Source: Mycolicibacterium smegmatis
Lineage (GTDB): Bacteria; Actinomycetota; Actinomycetes; Mycobacteriales; Mycobacteriaceae
Assembly (NCBI RefSeq): GCF_001457595.1
Contig: NZ_LN831039.1
Span: 6,390,001-6,422,000 of the forward strand
DNA length: 32,000 nt
Direction: 5' to 3'
The notes beneath the pieces were generated by a model. That model did not search any database and was not told the DNA's origin. It worked only from the letters and a program-made list of their open reading frames with translations. Shown here piece by piece: positions 16,455 to 24,114 of the stretch. A program made the translations under genes and the position numbers. The number at the start of each line of letters is the position of its first letter. Positions within the stretch are counted from its first letter, which is position 1.

Positions 16455-17318
16455 TTAGCTTCCCTCCATGCCGACGCGCACGACGGCCTGCTGATGGGGG
16501 AACCCGATGCCGACGCGCAGCACGCAGCGGATGCCCGTGCGGTCGCTGGAGAACGCGAACGAGCTGTCGGCGATCACCTCGGCGTCCTGCCGGATCACGA
16601 CGAAGCACTTGTCCCGGGGGATGAGCCACATTGCGCCAGCGGTGACGGCGGGCGAGCTGTACAGCGGCACGCCGAGCACGCTGCGGCCCGTGGCTCGCGT
16701 CGCGTCAGGTCCAAGTAGCGGCTGGTTGCTGTCGGCCGTGACTTTGCTTGTCGCCACGGCCAGGACATCGGTCGGGCTGCCGACCAAGGCCATGTTGGAC
16801 AAGCCGTCCACGACGTTGGTGGCGAGCACGCCGACGTTCTCGGCGAGGCTGACTGCCTCGGCGAACACGTCCAAGCTGCCGTCAAAGGTGAGCGTGGTCT
16901 CCTGCACGTTGGTCAAGCTTTCGACACCGTCCGGGCCGTTGGCCACGCTGTCACCGAAATAGGCCGCGTCCAGCTTGATGCGGAGGTCTCTCACCAGACC
17001 CTCACCGACCACCTGCAACGCGCTCGGATCGGAGTCGGCCAGGAGTTCGTTGGAGACCACAACGAGCGACTTGAGGCCGGCCGGAGTAACGACCAGCTCT
17101 TCCAAATCCGGGTCAGTGACCGGGATTTCCTGTCCTTCCGCTACCCAATTGTTCTGTGCGTCAGTGACAACGATGGGAAACCTTGTGCTGTGCGAAGCGG
17201 TCTCCACGACGGTGGAGACCTGCGTGGCGACAGACGCGCGGATGAGCGGCTGCACAACGAGGTCTTGGACATCTTGGGGCGCCAGTATGGCCGCGCCGTT
17301 AGCGGTGAGCAAGGGCAT
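16455..17318 (-). CDS. HK97-fold phage major capsid protein
   Basis: 287 aa; 'ATQVSTVVETASHSTRFPIVVTDAQNNWVAEGQEIPVTDPDLEELVVTPAGLKSLVVVSNELLADSDPSALQVVGEGLVRDLRIKLDAAYFG' typical of HK97-type capsid proteins. Confidence 0.9.
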   Translation of the reverse strand: MPLLTANGAAILAPQDVQDLVVQPLIRASVATQVSTVVETASHSTRFPIVVTDAQNNWVAEGQEIPVTDPDLEELVVTPAGLKSLVVVSNELLADSDPSALQVVGEGLVRDLRIKLDAAYFGDSVANGPDGVESLTNVQETTLTFDGSLDVFAEAVSLAENVGVLATNVVDGLSNMALVGSPTDVLAVATSKVTADSNQPLLGPDATRATGRSVLGVPLYSSPAVTAGAMWLIPRDKCFVVIRQDAEVIADSSFAFSSDRTGIRCVLRVGIGFPHQQAVVRVGMEGS

Positions 17319-17447
17319 GAATGCCTCCGAAGGTGAGCGTGGTCTGATGTGACTTGCCCGGTGACCGCAGATCAGGCCGGGATGCCCTCGGGGCGTACGT
17401 GCAGCGGATGCGGGCCACGGGCCGGAACACCAACCGCGACAGCCAGT

Positions 17448-17948
17448 CTAGCGGCCTTTGAGTGCCTTACTCCAGGACGCTTTACCGGGCGGCTGTCCGC
17501 TGCCAGTGCCTTGCTGCCGGTTCGGTTGGGGCGGTCGGCCCTTGGGTGGCACGCGGAACTCTCGTGCGGTGGCTGTGACGGCCTCGGACAACTTGGTGCC
17601 GTCGATCAAACCGTCGTCACCGACGAGGCTGTCTACGGTGTGCCCGGCTGCTGTGAGTAAGCGCGGGTCTAGACCTGCTGCCTGCACAGCGTTCTCCACG
17701 ATGGCCGCGCGGGTGCGTTGCAGGGTGTCGCGCAGCTCGTCCAGCTCGCGGCGCGCCTCGTTGCGCTCGCGCCGATACCTGGCCTCCCGGTTCGCCCTGC
17801 CGCCCTCGTCCTGATTTTGCGTCGTCTCGTCAAGTTCGCTCGTCGGCGTATGGTCGTCATCGGTGCCGGTCGGTGCGTTTTCGCCGGCCGTGTGGCTGTC
17901 GGGCGGATTGTCTTGTCGTGCCGGCGTTTTCGTGTCAGAGATGGTCAT
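17448..17948 (-). CDS. Putative capsid scaffolding protein
   Basis: 166 aa, located just upstream of the capsid gene; acidic disordered N-terminus, charged coiled-coil, then 'AAGLDPRLLTAAG...LIDGTKLSEAVTATAREF', a scaffold-like arrangement. ATGA overlap with upstream ORF. Confidence 0.65.
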   Translation of the reverse strand: MTISDTKTPARQDNPPDSHTAGENAPTGTDDDHTPTSELDETTQNQDEGGRANREARYRRERNEARRELDELRDTLQRTRAAIVENAVQAAGLDPRLLTAAGHTVDSLVGDDGLIDGTKLSEAVTATAREFRVPPKGRPPQPNRQQGTGSGQPPGKASWSKALKGR

Positions 17949-18247
17949 GGGTTTTGTTCCTCCAGGGTTGGCCATGTTCTGCGGCGGACGCCGTTGGACA
18001 GCCATTCCACGACGGTCGTCAGGTCGTCGGGCACCGTGTAGCCGATATGGCGCAGTAGTGCACGTTCGGTGGGCGTGGCGGGCCGCGTTCGGGTCACGCT
18101 GGCGCGGTAGTGCCGGTTCTCGTAGTCGGCATATGCCGTGGCATCCTCGGCACGCTGCACGGCGTCGGGCAAGTGAGCCAACACTAGTAGGCCGCGTCGG
18201 TGGTCGGGTCTGTGCTCGCCGACGCCGGTCAAGTCAATTTCGGTCAT
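17945..18247 (-). CDS. Small hypothetical phage protein
   Basis: 100 aa; ATGA overlaps with genes on both sides in the collinear cluster. Confidence 0.6.
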   Translation of the reverse strand: MTEIDLTGVGEHRPDHRRGLLVLAHLPDAVQRAEDATAYADYENRHYRASVTRTRPATPTERALLRHIGYTVPDDLTTVVEWLSNGVRRRTWPTLEEQNP

Positions 18248-18666
18248 GGCAGAGCCTCCGCTACGGCTCGGTCTAGGTCGTCTTGCTGGTGATCGTGAAC
18301 CGCAACTTCTGGATGAAGCTGGACATCTCGACGAACTCCCCGGAGTTCATGGTCTGCAACTACTACCGCATGTTCGTCACGATCTTCTAGTTCTGCGCGT
18401 ACACCACCTCGGAACTCGCCCGCGACCACGCCGACAAGATCAGGCTCAGAGTCAGCCCACCGGCCACACTCGGCCTTAGCGGGACAACGGCGACACACGG
18501 CAATGCACTCGGCAATCCGAATCCGGCTGCCGCGCTCAGCCTCATGGAAACGGCCACGCACGCCGACACACGCGGCACCGTCCAAGCGCGGCACCCCGGT
18601 CAGCACAACGGCAAGTAGACCGACCACGCCCGACGCCGGGACGCGGGCCGGGTGAACACGGCTCAC
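18244..18666 (-). CDS. WhiB-like / Fe-S cluster-type small protein (C-terminal part atypical)
   Basis: 'AACVGV...IAECIAVCRRCPAKAECGRWADSEPDLVGVVAGEFRG': CxxCx5C plus upstream Cys and a VVAG turn. The region 18277-18390 of this frame has poor codon bias. Confidence 0.5.
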   Translation of the reverse strand: MSRVHPARVPASGVVGLLAVVLTGVPRLDGAACVGVRGRFHEAERGSRIRIAECIAVCRRCPAKAECGRWADSEPDLVGVVAGEFRGGVRAELEDRDEHAVVVADHELRGVRRDVQLHPEVAVHDHQQDDLDRAVAEALP

Positions 18667-19151
18667 GGTGCGCCCTCCAGCCCGTGACGCCGACGCAACA
18701 CCGCGAACAGCGCGCCGCTTTGGTCTCCGGCGAGATAGGCGACGACGTGCCCGGCGATGACAGCGGCGGCGTGCGCGATGTCCAGGTCTGCGAACTCGGC
18801 CATGCTCATCAGCTCGTTACAGCGTCCGATGGCACCGCGTTCGTACGCCTCGGCTAGGGCGATGGCGGCAAGGCTGAGGCGTGCTTGCTCGTCGGGTGCG
18901 CCGGTCGCGGTGGCCAGCGCGTGCACATCGGCGCGCAACTTGTCGAAGCGTACGGCGGCGTCGGGACCGGCCAACAAACCGGCCAGCGTGCGCACGGCGG
19001 CGATACGCAGCCACGCCGATTCACTTGCGGAGTCGGCCATGACGTTCGACGCTGCGTCAGCGAGGCCGTTGGCAGCAAGCTCAGCGGCACGGACGACAAC
19101 GGCGAACACTGCGGCCGGTGCCTCGTCGTCCCATCCCGGCTCAGTCCTCAT
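18663..19151 (-). CDS. Hypothetical phage/element protein
   Basis: 162 aa, in an overlapping gene string, alanine-rich helical. Confidence 0.6.
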   Translation of the reverse strand: MRTEPGWDDEAPAAVFAVVVRAAELAANGLADAASNVMADSASESAWLRIAAVRTLAGLLAGPDAAVRFDKLRADVHALATATGAPDEQARLSLAAIALAEAYERGAIGRCNELMSMAEFADLDIAHAAAVIAGHVVAYLAGDQSGALFAVLRRRHGLEGAP

Positions 19152-19693
19152 GCGTACTCCTCAAAGGGATTCGGTCCAGCGCCGCGCCACTTCGGCAACT
19201 CGGTGAGCGACGGAGGACCGTGCAAACCGGCAGCCGTTGGTACCCGCTCCCCTTCATTGCCTGCCTTCCTTCCTTCCTGTGCTGTCCCCGGGGACGCTTC
19301 CCCGGGACTGTCCCCGTCGTCATCCCCGGGACTGTCCTCGTCGTCGGCACCCCCCGCCAACTTCTCAGCGCGCTGCTTGGCCTTCTTCACCCGCTCCCGC
19401 TGCCGAATCCTCTCCAAGGTCTCCAGCTCGCTGCGGGCGGTCTGGGTGGCCGCGTAGTCGGTGATCAACCAGCCGTCCGACTGCGGGGTGAACAGTCCGG
19501 CGTCCACGAACGCCTTAGCGGCGTTGGCCGACCAATGCGGGATGAGTCCAACGTCCTCGCGTTCGATCCGGCCATCGGTGCGGTTGGTGACCGACCACAG
19601 CAGCGCGTTGACGAACGTCCTGTAGTGCTCGGCTGAGAGCCGTTGCAGGCGGCGGTCATTCAACCACCGTTCCGGAATTCGGGCGTCGGTCAC
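19148..19693 (-). CDS. Putative DNA-binding/replication-associated phage protein (winged-helix-like N-terminus)
   Basis: GTG 19693 'VTDARIPERWLNDRRLQRLSAEHYRTFVNALLWSVTNRTDGRIEREDVGLIPHWSANAAKAFVDAGLF'; charged disordered C-terminus. Confidence 0.6.
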   Translation of the reverse strand: MTDARIPERWLNDRRLQRLSAEHYRTFVNALLWSVTNRTDGRIEREDVGLIPHWSANAAKAFVDAGLFTPQSDGWLITDYAATQTARSELETLERIRQRERVKKAKQRAEKLAGGADDEDSPGDDDGDSPGEASPGTAQEGRKAGNEGERVPTAAGLHGPPSLTELPKWRGAGPNPFEEYA

Positions 19694-19697
19694 GGTG

Positions 19698-19901
19698 TCA
19701 GCGGCCCGCGTTCTGCACGTTGGCGGCGATGAACTCGTCCAGATCGGCGAGTCTGTAGCGGACGCTGCGGCCGATTCGCACGTACTTCGGGCCTTCACCC
19801 AAGTAGCGCATATTCGCCAAGCGCGCGGGGGTAGTGCTCAGGTACTCGGCGGCCTGGTCAGTTTTGATCAGCCCTGAGATTCGTTCTTCAGCCACGATCA
19901 C
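19698..19901 (-). CDS. xis: Excisionase-like HTH protein
   Basis: 'IKTDQAAEYLSTTPARLANMRYLGEGPKYVRIGRSVRYRLADLDEFIAANV' is a helix-turn-helix excisionase-family signature; next to the integrase. ORF is open to ATG 19991. Confidence 0.8.
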   Translation of the reverse strand: MIVAEERISGLIKTDQAAEYLSTTPARLANMRYLGEGPKYVRIGRSVRYRLADLDEFIAANVQNAGR

Positions 19902-20065
19902 CAGCGTAATACCGAGCGTGGCACGCTTCCCGTGAGAGACGTTGCGCACGAACAGTTTTCGGCGCCTTCGTAGGTTGACAGTTGCTGACAATGGCTGCCA
20001 GAGATACGACAGACGCTGACAGCGAATCCGAGTGCGGCGACAGCGAAATTGGTTCGGCGTGTTGC

Positions 20066-21181
20066 TCAGTTCGGCGTGTCGCGCACTACCTCCGGGTCCG
20101 TCTTGTGCCCGCCACGCGCACGATCCAGCGCGGCCGCAACGTCGTCAAGGTCGGCGTCGAACAGGTCGGCGTAGGTGTCCAGCGTGACCTTGGCGGACTT
20201 GTGGCCAAGCATCCGCTGAAGCGCCAACACGTTCACGCCTGCCGAGACAGCCAGCGACGCGCAGGTGTGGCGGAGATCGTGCGGAGTGACGGCCTGCACC
20301 CCGGCGCGCTTCACGGCGGCAGCGAACCATCCCCCGTCCGACTTCGGGCGTGGCAGATACCCGTCACCGGCCGCGCTGAACACCAGATCGTTGGGAGTCT
20401 TGCCCGCGCACAGCACCGACAGCTCATCAAGTACGAACGCCGGAACCGGCACCGACCGCGCCGTACGGCCCTTGGTCGGCCCTACAGCGTGTTCTACGCC
20501 GAGCTGCACGGCGTTCTCGTGGATCGACAGCCGACGCCGCAGGAACTCCACGTCACGCACGCGCAGCGCGACAGCCTCACCCCACCGGATGCCCGTGTAG
20601 GCCAGCGTGAGCACCAGCGCGCGATGCTGGCCGCACTCGTCGGCCAGCCGCGCCACGTCGTCGGCTGACAAGTAGACGTGGCGGCGCGCCGTCTTACGCG
20701 GCAGATTGCCGACACCCTTGGCCGGGTTGGCCACCAACCGCCTGCCCTTCACGGCGTCGGCCAGGATGCCCGACAGGACGCCGTGCGCGCGCAGCACCGT
20801 GGTCGAACCCGCGCCACCGCGCACCATGCCGGTGATCCACGCCTCTACGCCGAGCTGGTCAATATCAGCGACGGTCGCCGACGCCCATCGCGGGGCGACG
20901 TGGACCCGCCACGCTGACTCCAGCATCCGGTAGTGAGAACGCGCGGTCGCGTGTTCCTTACGCGCCAACCAGTCGGCCGACAGCTCGCCCACCGTCACCC
21001 GTCCGAGCGACGGGGCGACGTACTCGCCGCGCATCTTGGAGACCTCCACCTCGGCGGCGAACGCCTCGGCCTCCCGCTTGGTCTTGAATCCGCGCCGGTC
21101 GGTCTGTCGGCGGTCGGGGGTGCGGTAGCGCACGCGGTACCGCTTGCCGTGCGCCGTCTGGTACTGGACAACCTGAGCCAT
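20066..21181 (-). CDS. int: Tyrosine site-specific integrase
   Basis: 371 aa; 'TGIRWGEAVALRVRDVE', 'VTPHDLRHTCASLAVSAGVNVLALQRMLGHKSAKVTLDTYADLF' (R..HxxR..H..Y catalytic residues). Confidence 0.97.
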   Translation of the reverse strand: MAQVVQYQTAHGKRYRVRYRTPDRRQTDRRGFKTKREAEAFAAEVEVSKMRGEYVAPSLGRVTVGELSADWLARKEHATARSHYRMLESAWRVHVAPRWASATVADIDQLGVEAWITGMVRGGAGSTTVLRAHGVLSGILADAVKGRRLVANPAKGVGNLPRKTARRHVYLSADDVARLADECGQHRALVLTLAYTGIRWGEAVALRVRDVEFLRRRLSIHENAVQLGVEHAVGPTKGRTARSVPVPAFVLDELSVLCAGKTPNDLVFSAAGDGYLPRPKSDGGWFAAAVKRAGVQAVTPHDLRHTCASLAVSAGVNVLALQRMLGHKSAKVTLDTYADLFDADLDDVAAALDRARGGHKTDPEVVRDTPN

Positions 21182-21212
21182 GCGCCGCACGGTACTCACG
21201 AAGCGCGACAAG

Positions 21213-21242
21213 TTGTGGGCAAAATGTGGGCAAACCGTGGTC
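21213..21242. promoter_or_regulatory. Three 11-bp-phased direct repeats, candidate integrase arm-type sites, right end
   Basis: GTGGGCA at 21215 and 21226, GTGGTCG at 21237; matches the left-end repeats in orientation and phase. Confidence 0.6.
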
Positions 21243-21263
21243 GGACGGCTTGCCAGCAAACGC

Positions 21264-21298
21264 AAAAACCGCCCTTACCTGCGCTGGCAGGCGGGCGG
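21264..21298 (-). terminator. Element-borne intrinsic terminator directly downstream of tRNA-Ser
   Basis: Minus strand CCGCCC-G-CCTGC-CAGC-GCAGG-TAA-GGGCGG-TTTTT. Confidence 0.7.
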
Positions 21299-21301
21299 CT
21301 T

Positions 21302-21328
21302 TGGCGGTGGCGGAGGGATTTGAACCCT
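21302..21328 (-). repeat. attR: 27-bp direct repeat inside the intact tRNA-Ser 3' end
   Basis: Identical to 10665-10691. Confidence 0.92.
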
Positions 21329-21392
21329 CGGTGGGGGGTTACCCCACACACGCTTTCGAGGCGTGCTCCTTAGGCCGCTCGGACACGCCACC
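21302..21392 (-). tRNA. tRNA-Ser (anticodon CGA)
   Basis: Acceptor GGTGGCG/CGCCACC, anticodon stem CGCCT-CGA-AAGCG, long variable arm, T-arm GGGTTCAAATCCC, encoded CCA. Confidence 0.95.
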
Positions 21393-21485
21393 GCGCAGTA
21401 GCTTACCGGGAGAGCGCCGGAGGCCATAATCGCGCTGCTCATCACGGTGATCACCGAGCGTGCGGCCACGGCGGAAAAATGGCCC

Positions 21486-21541
21486 GCAACCCGCCAAGAG
21501 TGCACACTCGATCGAGCAACCCGCCAAGAGTGCACACTCGA
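21486..21541. repeat. Two tandem copies of GCAACCCGCCAAGAGTGCACACTCGA, period 30 bp
   Basis: Exact 26-nt copies at 21486-21511 and 21516-21541. Confidence 0.9.
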
Positions 21542-21552
21542 CCACACGAAAC

Positions 21553-22002
21553 TCAGCGCTGGCGCGCGAAGAACTCCTCGAGCAGAGCCGCGCACTCGTC
21601 GGCGAGCACGCCGCCGATCACCTCGGGCCGGTGGTTGAGCCTGCGGTCACGCACGACATCCCACAGTGAGCCGACCGCGCCGGTCTTCGGCTCCCACGCT
21701 CCGAACACCAGCCGCGACACACGCGCCAGGACCAGCGCGCCTGCACACATCGTGCACGGTTCCACGGTCACGGCCAGCGTGGCGCCCTCCAGGCGCCAGC
21801 CGTCACCGAGGACCTTGGCCGCCGCGCGCATCGCCACGATCTCGGCATGCCCGGCCGGGTCGCCGTAGGCTTCACGGACGTTGACCGCCCGCGCGAGTTC
21901 GGTGCCGTCGGCCGCGTAGACCACGGCCCCGATGGGCACATCGCGCGGTCCTGCGGTGCGGGCGGCCTCCAGCGCCGCACGGATCTGGGATTCCGGGGTC
22001 AC
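21553..22002 (-). CDS. tadA: tRNA adenosine(34) deaminase TadA
   Basis: 'GHAEIVAMRAA' (HAE) and 'EPCTMCAGAL' (PCxxC) zinc deaminase motifs. Confidence 0.95.
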   Translation of the reverse strand: MTPESQIRAALEAARTAGPRDVPIGAVVYAADGTELARAVNVREAYGDPAGHAEIVAMRAAAKVLGDGWRLEGATLAVTVEPCTMCAGALVLARVSRLVFGAWEPKTGAVGSLWDVVRDRRLNHRPEVIGGVLADECAALLEEFFARQR

Positions 22003-22505
22003 CGATTGAGGCGGTCCAGCACTGCCGACAGTTCCTCGGCGAACCCCATCTCGCGCGCGATCCGGCCGATCTGCTCGTCGGCGTACAGATCCGTCTCGTC
22101 GAGGATCACGCTGAGCACCGCGTCGGGCAGTCCGAGATCCGACAGCAGGCCCAGATCGCCCTCTTCGAAGGGGTCGGCGTCGTCGAGATCATCGGCCTCG
22201 ATGTCGGCGTCGAGCTTCTCGAGTGCCTCGGCGGCGATGTCGTAGTCCAGCGCCGCGGTGGCATCCGACAGCAGCAGTCGGGTGCCCGCCGGCGCCGGGC
22301 GCACGATCACGAAGAACTCGTCGTCGACATCGAGCAGGCCGAACACGGCACCCGCGCTGCGGATCTCACGCAGCTCGGTCTCGGCCGCGGACAGGCTGTT
22401 GAGCGCGCTCTTGCGCATGGGCGCGCATCGCCACTTGCCGTCCTCGCGGACAACGGCCACGCCGAAACCATCGGGCAGGTCTGCCGGCGCTCGCTGTGCT
22501 CCCAT
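21999..22505 (-). CDS. tRNA adenosine deaminase-associated protein (actinobacterial)
   Basis: 168 aa, ATGA overlap with tadA; acidic conserved protein. Confidence 0.85.
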   Translation of the reverse strand: MGAQRAPADLPDGFGVAVVREDGKWRCAPMRKSALNSLSAAETELREIRSAGAVFGLLDVDDEFFVIVRPAPAGTRLLLSDATAALDYDIAAEALEKLDADIEADDLDDADPFEEGDLGLLSDLGLPDAVLSVILDETDLYADEQIGRIAREMGFAEELSAVLDRLNR

Positions 22506-22589
22506 GAGCGCCTACGGTAGTCGCCGACCAGCGATTTTGACCAGGGATCTCCCAGCCGCCGCGATGGGAGCGTGTGCCAACCTTGTGGG

Positions 22590-23549
22590 GTGACAACTAC
22601 TCCCGTGTGCGTGCTGGGTCTCGGCTTGATCGGTGGCTCGGTGATGCGCGCCGCCGCCGCGGCGGGTCGGGAAGTTTTTGGCTACAACCGGTCGGTCGAG
22701 GCCGTGCAGGCCGCCACGTTCGACGGGTTCGACGCCACCGCGAACCTCGACAAGGCGCTGGCCAGGGCCGCTGCCGACGATGCGCTGATCGTTCTGGCCG
22801 TGCCGATGCCCGCGCTCGGGCTCATGCTGGGCCACATCCGTGCCGCGGCAGCGAACTGTGCGTTGACCGACGTGATCAGCGTCAAGGGCGCGGTGCTGCG
22901 GGAGGTCGAGAAGTACGGCCTGCTCGAGAGGTTCGTGGGCGGCCACCCCATGGCAGGCACGGCGCACTCGGGATGGGCCGCGGGCAGCGTCGACCTGTTC
23001 GTCGGCGCGCCGTGGGTGGTGTCGGTCGACGATCACGTCGACGCGGGCGTGTGGACCCAGGTCGCGCAGCTTGCGCTGGACTGCCACGCAGTCGTGGTGC
23101 CCGCCCGCTCCGACGAGCACGACGCTGCCGCAGCGGCCATCTCGCATCTGCCGCATCTGTTCGCCGAGACGATGGCCGAGATCGCCGGCGAGGTCCCGCT
23201 GGCCTACGCGCTGGCCGCGGGCTCGTTCCGGGACGGCACGCGGGTCGCGGGCTCGGCGCCTGATCTGGTGCGCGCGATGTGCGAGGCCAACGCCGCGCAG
23301 CTGCTGCCGGCACTGGATCGCGGCATCGAGCTGCTGACCCGGGCCAGAGCTGCGCTCGCGGATACGGGTTCGGTGGCCGAGCTCGTGGAATCGGGCCACG
23401 CCGCGCGGATGCGCTACGACAGCTTCGCGCGGCCCGACATCATCGCGACCGTGGTGGGCGATGAGAACTGGCGTGACGAACTCGCGGCCGCCGGGCGGGC
23501 CGGCGGGGTGATCAGATCCGCTCTGCCAGTCCTGGGTAGTCGAGGATGA
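22590..23549 (+). CDS. tyrA: Prephenate dehydrogenase
   Basis: '[29 protein letters not shown]' Rossmann motif; '[15 protein letters not shown]'. Confidence 0.93.
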   Translation: MTTTPVCVLGLGLIGGSVMRAAAAAGREVFGYNRSVEAVQAATFDGFDATANLDKALARAAADDALIVLAVPMPALGLMLGHIRAAAANCALTDVISVKGAVLREVEKYGLLERFVGGHPMAGTAHSGWAAGSVDLFVGAPWVVSVDDHVDAGVWTQVAQLALDCHAVVVPARSDEHDAAAAAISHLPHLFAETMAEIAGEVPLAYALAAGSFRDGTRVAGSAPDLVRAMCEANAAQLLPALDRGIELLTRARAALADTGSVAELVESGHAARMRYDSFARPDIIATVVGDENWRDELAAAGRAGGVIRSALPVLGSRG

Positions 23550-24114
23550 AACCTTCGGAGTCGACGGTGATGGTGGTCTCGGCCACCGGCGAGTGCAGCT
23601 TGATGCCGTCGGCGCCGCTGCTGTAGCTGATGTTTACGGTCTCGACCGACAGCTCGGGCAGCCGTACATAGGCCACCGGCAGCGAGACCGAGTCGGTGCG
23701 GGTGTGCAGCCCGACCCGGCGGATCGGCAGGGCGTTGAAGAACGGGCTGAAGATCACGTCGACGTCGAGTGCGCCGCCGAAGTCCGACTTCTTGGTCTGG
23801 GAGTGGTCCTGCACCAGCCACTGGCTCTCCTCGTCGCGCGCGATGGAGAGCTGACGCTCACGCTCGGCGAGGGTGACGGTGAGCGACAAGCGTTTGGTGG
23901 CCCCGGTTTCGTCGGTGACCAGGTCATAGGAGGCCGAGAACGCCGGGTGCGATTCGGTGGCGGCCGCCACGATCCGGCCGTAGGCCTTGATCCGCTTGCC
24001 CTGGAGCTGTACGCGAACCGATTCCATTCTGGGCTCGTCGTGGGCCCGCCAGGTCAACACCGCCGGCCAGGCGTCGTCGACGGTTTGCTCGCTGGAACGC
24101 GACTTGTCACTCAC
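23512..24114 (-). CDS. Putative glycolipid-binding domain protein (Rv3755c-like)
   Basis: 200 aa from GTG 24114; '[19 protein letters not shown]'; position between tyrA and proZ. Confidence 0.75.
   Translation of the reverse strand: MSDKSRSSEQTVDDAWPAVLTWRAHDEPRMESVRVQLQGKRIKAYGRIVAAATESHPAFSASYDLVTDETGATKRLSLTVTLAERERQLSIARDEESQWLVQDHSQTKKSDFGGALDVDVIFSPFFNALPIRRVGLHTRTDSVSLPVAYVRLPELSVETVNISYSSGADGIKLHSPVAETTITVDSEGFILDYPGLAERI

Larger units (their letters stand above)
10665..21328. mobile_element. Integrative prophage-like / phage-satellite-like element in tRNA-Ser(CGA)
   Basis: 27-bp direct repeats TGGCGGTGGCGGAGGGATTTGAACCCT at both boundaries; integrase adjacent to the tRNA; phage capsid and scaffold-like genes; cargo; all convincing element genes on the minus strand. 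Confidence 0.93.

Noticed and set aside
16240-16629. N-terminal 130-codon extension of the helicase ORF
   Set aside because: Overlaps the capsid gene 3' end; composition is R/P/G-rich; homology-like sequence begins at MGGTFSDLKAQF (16239).
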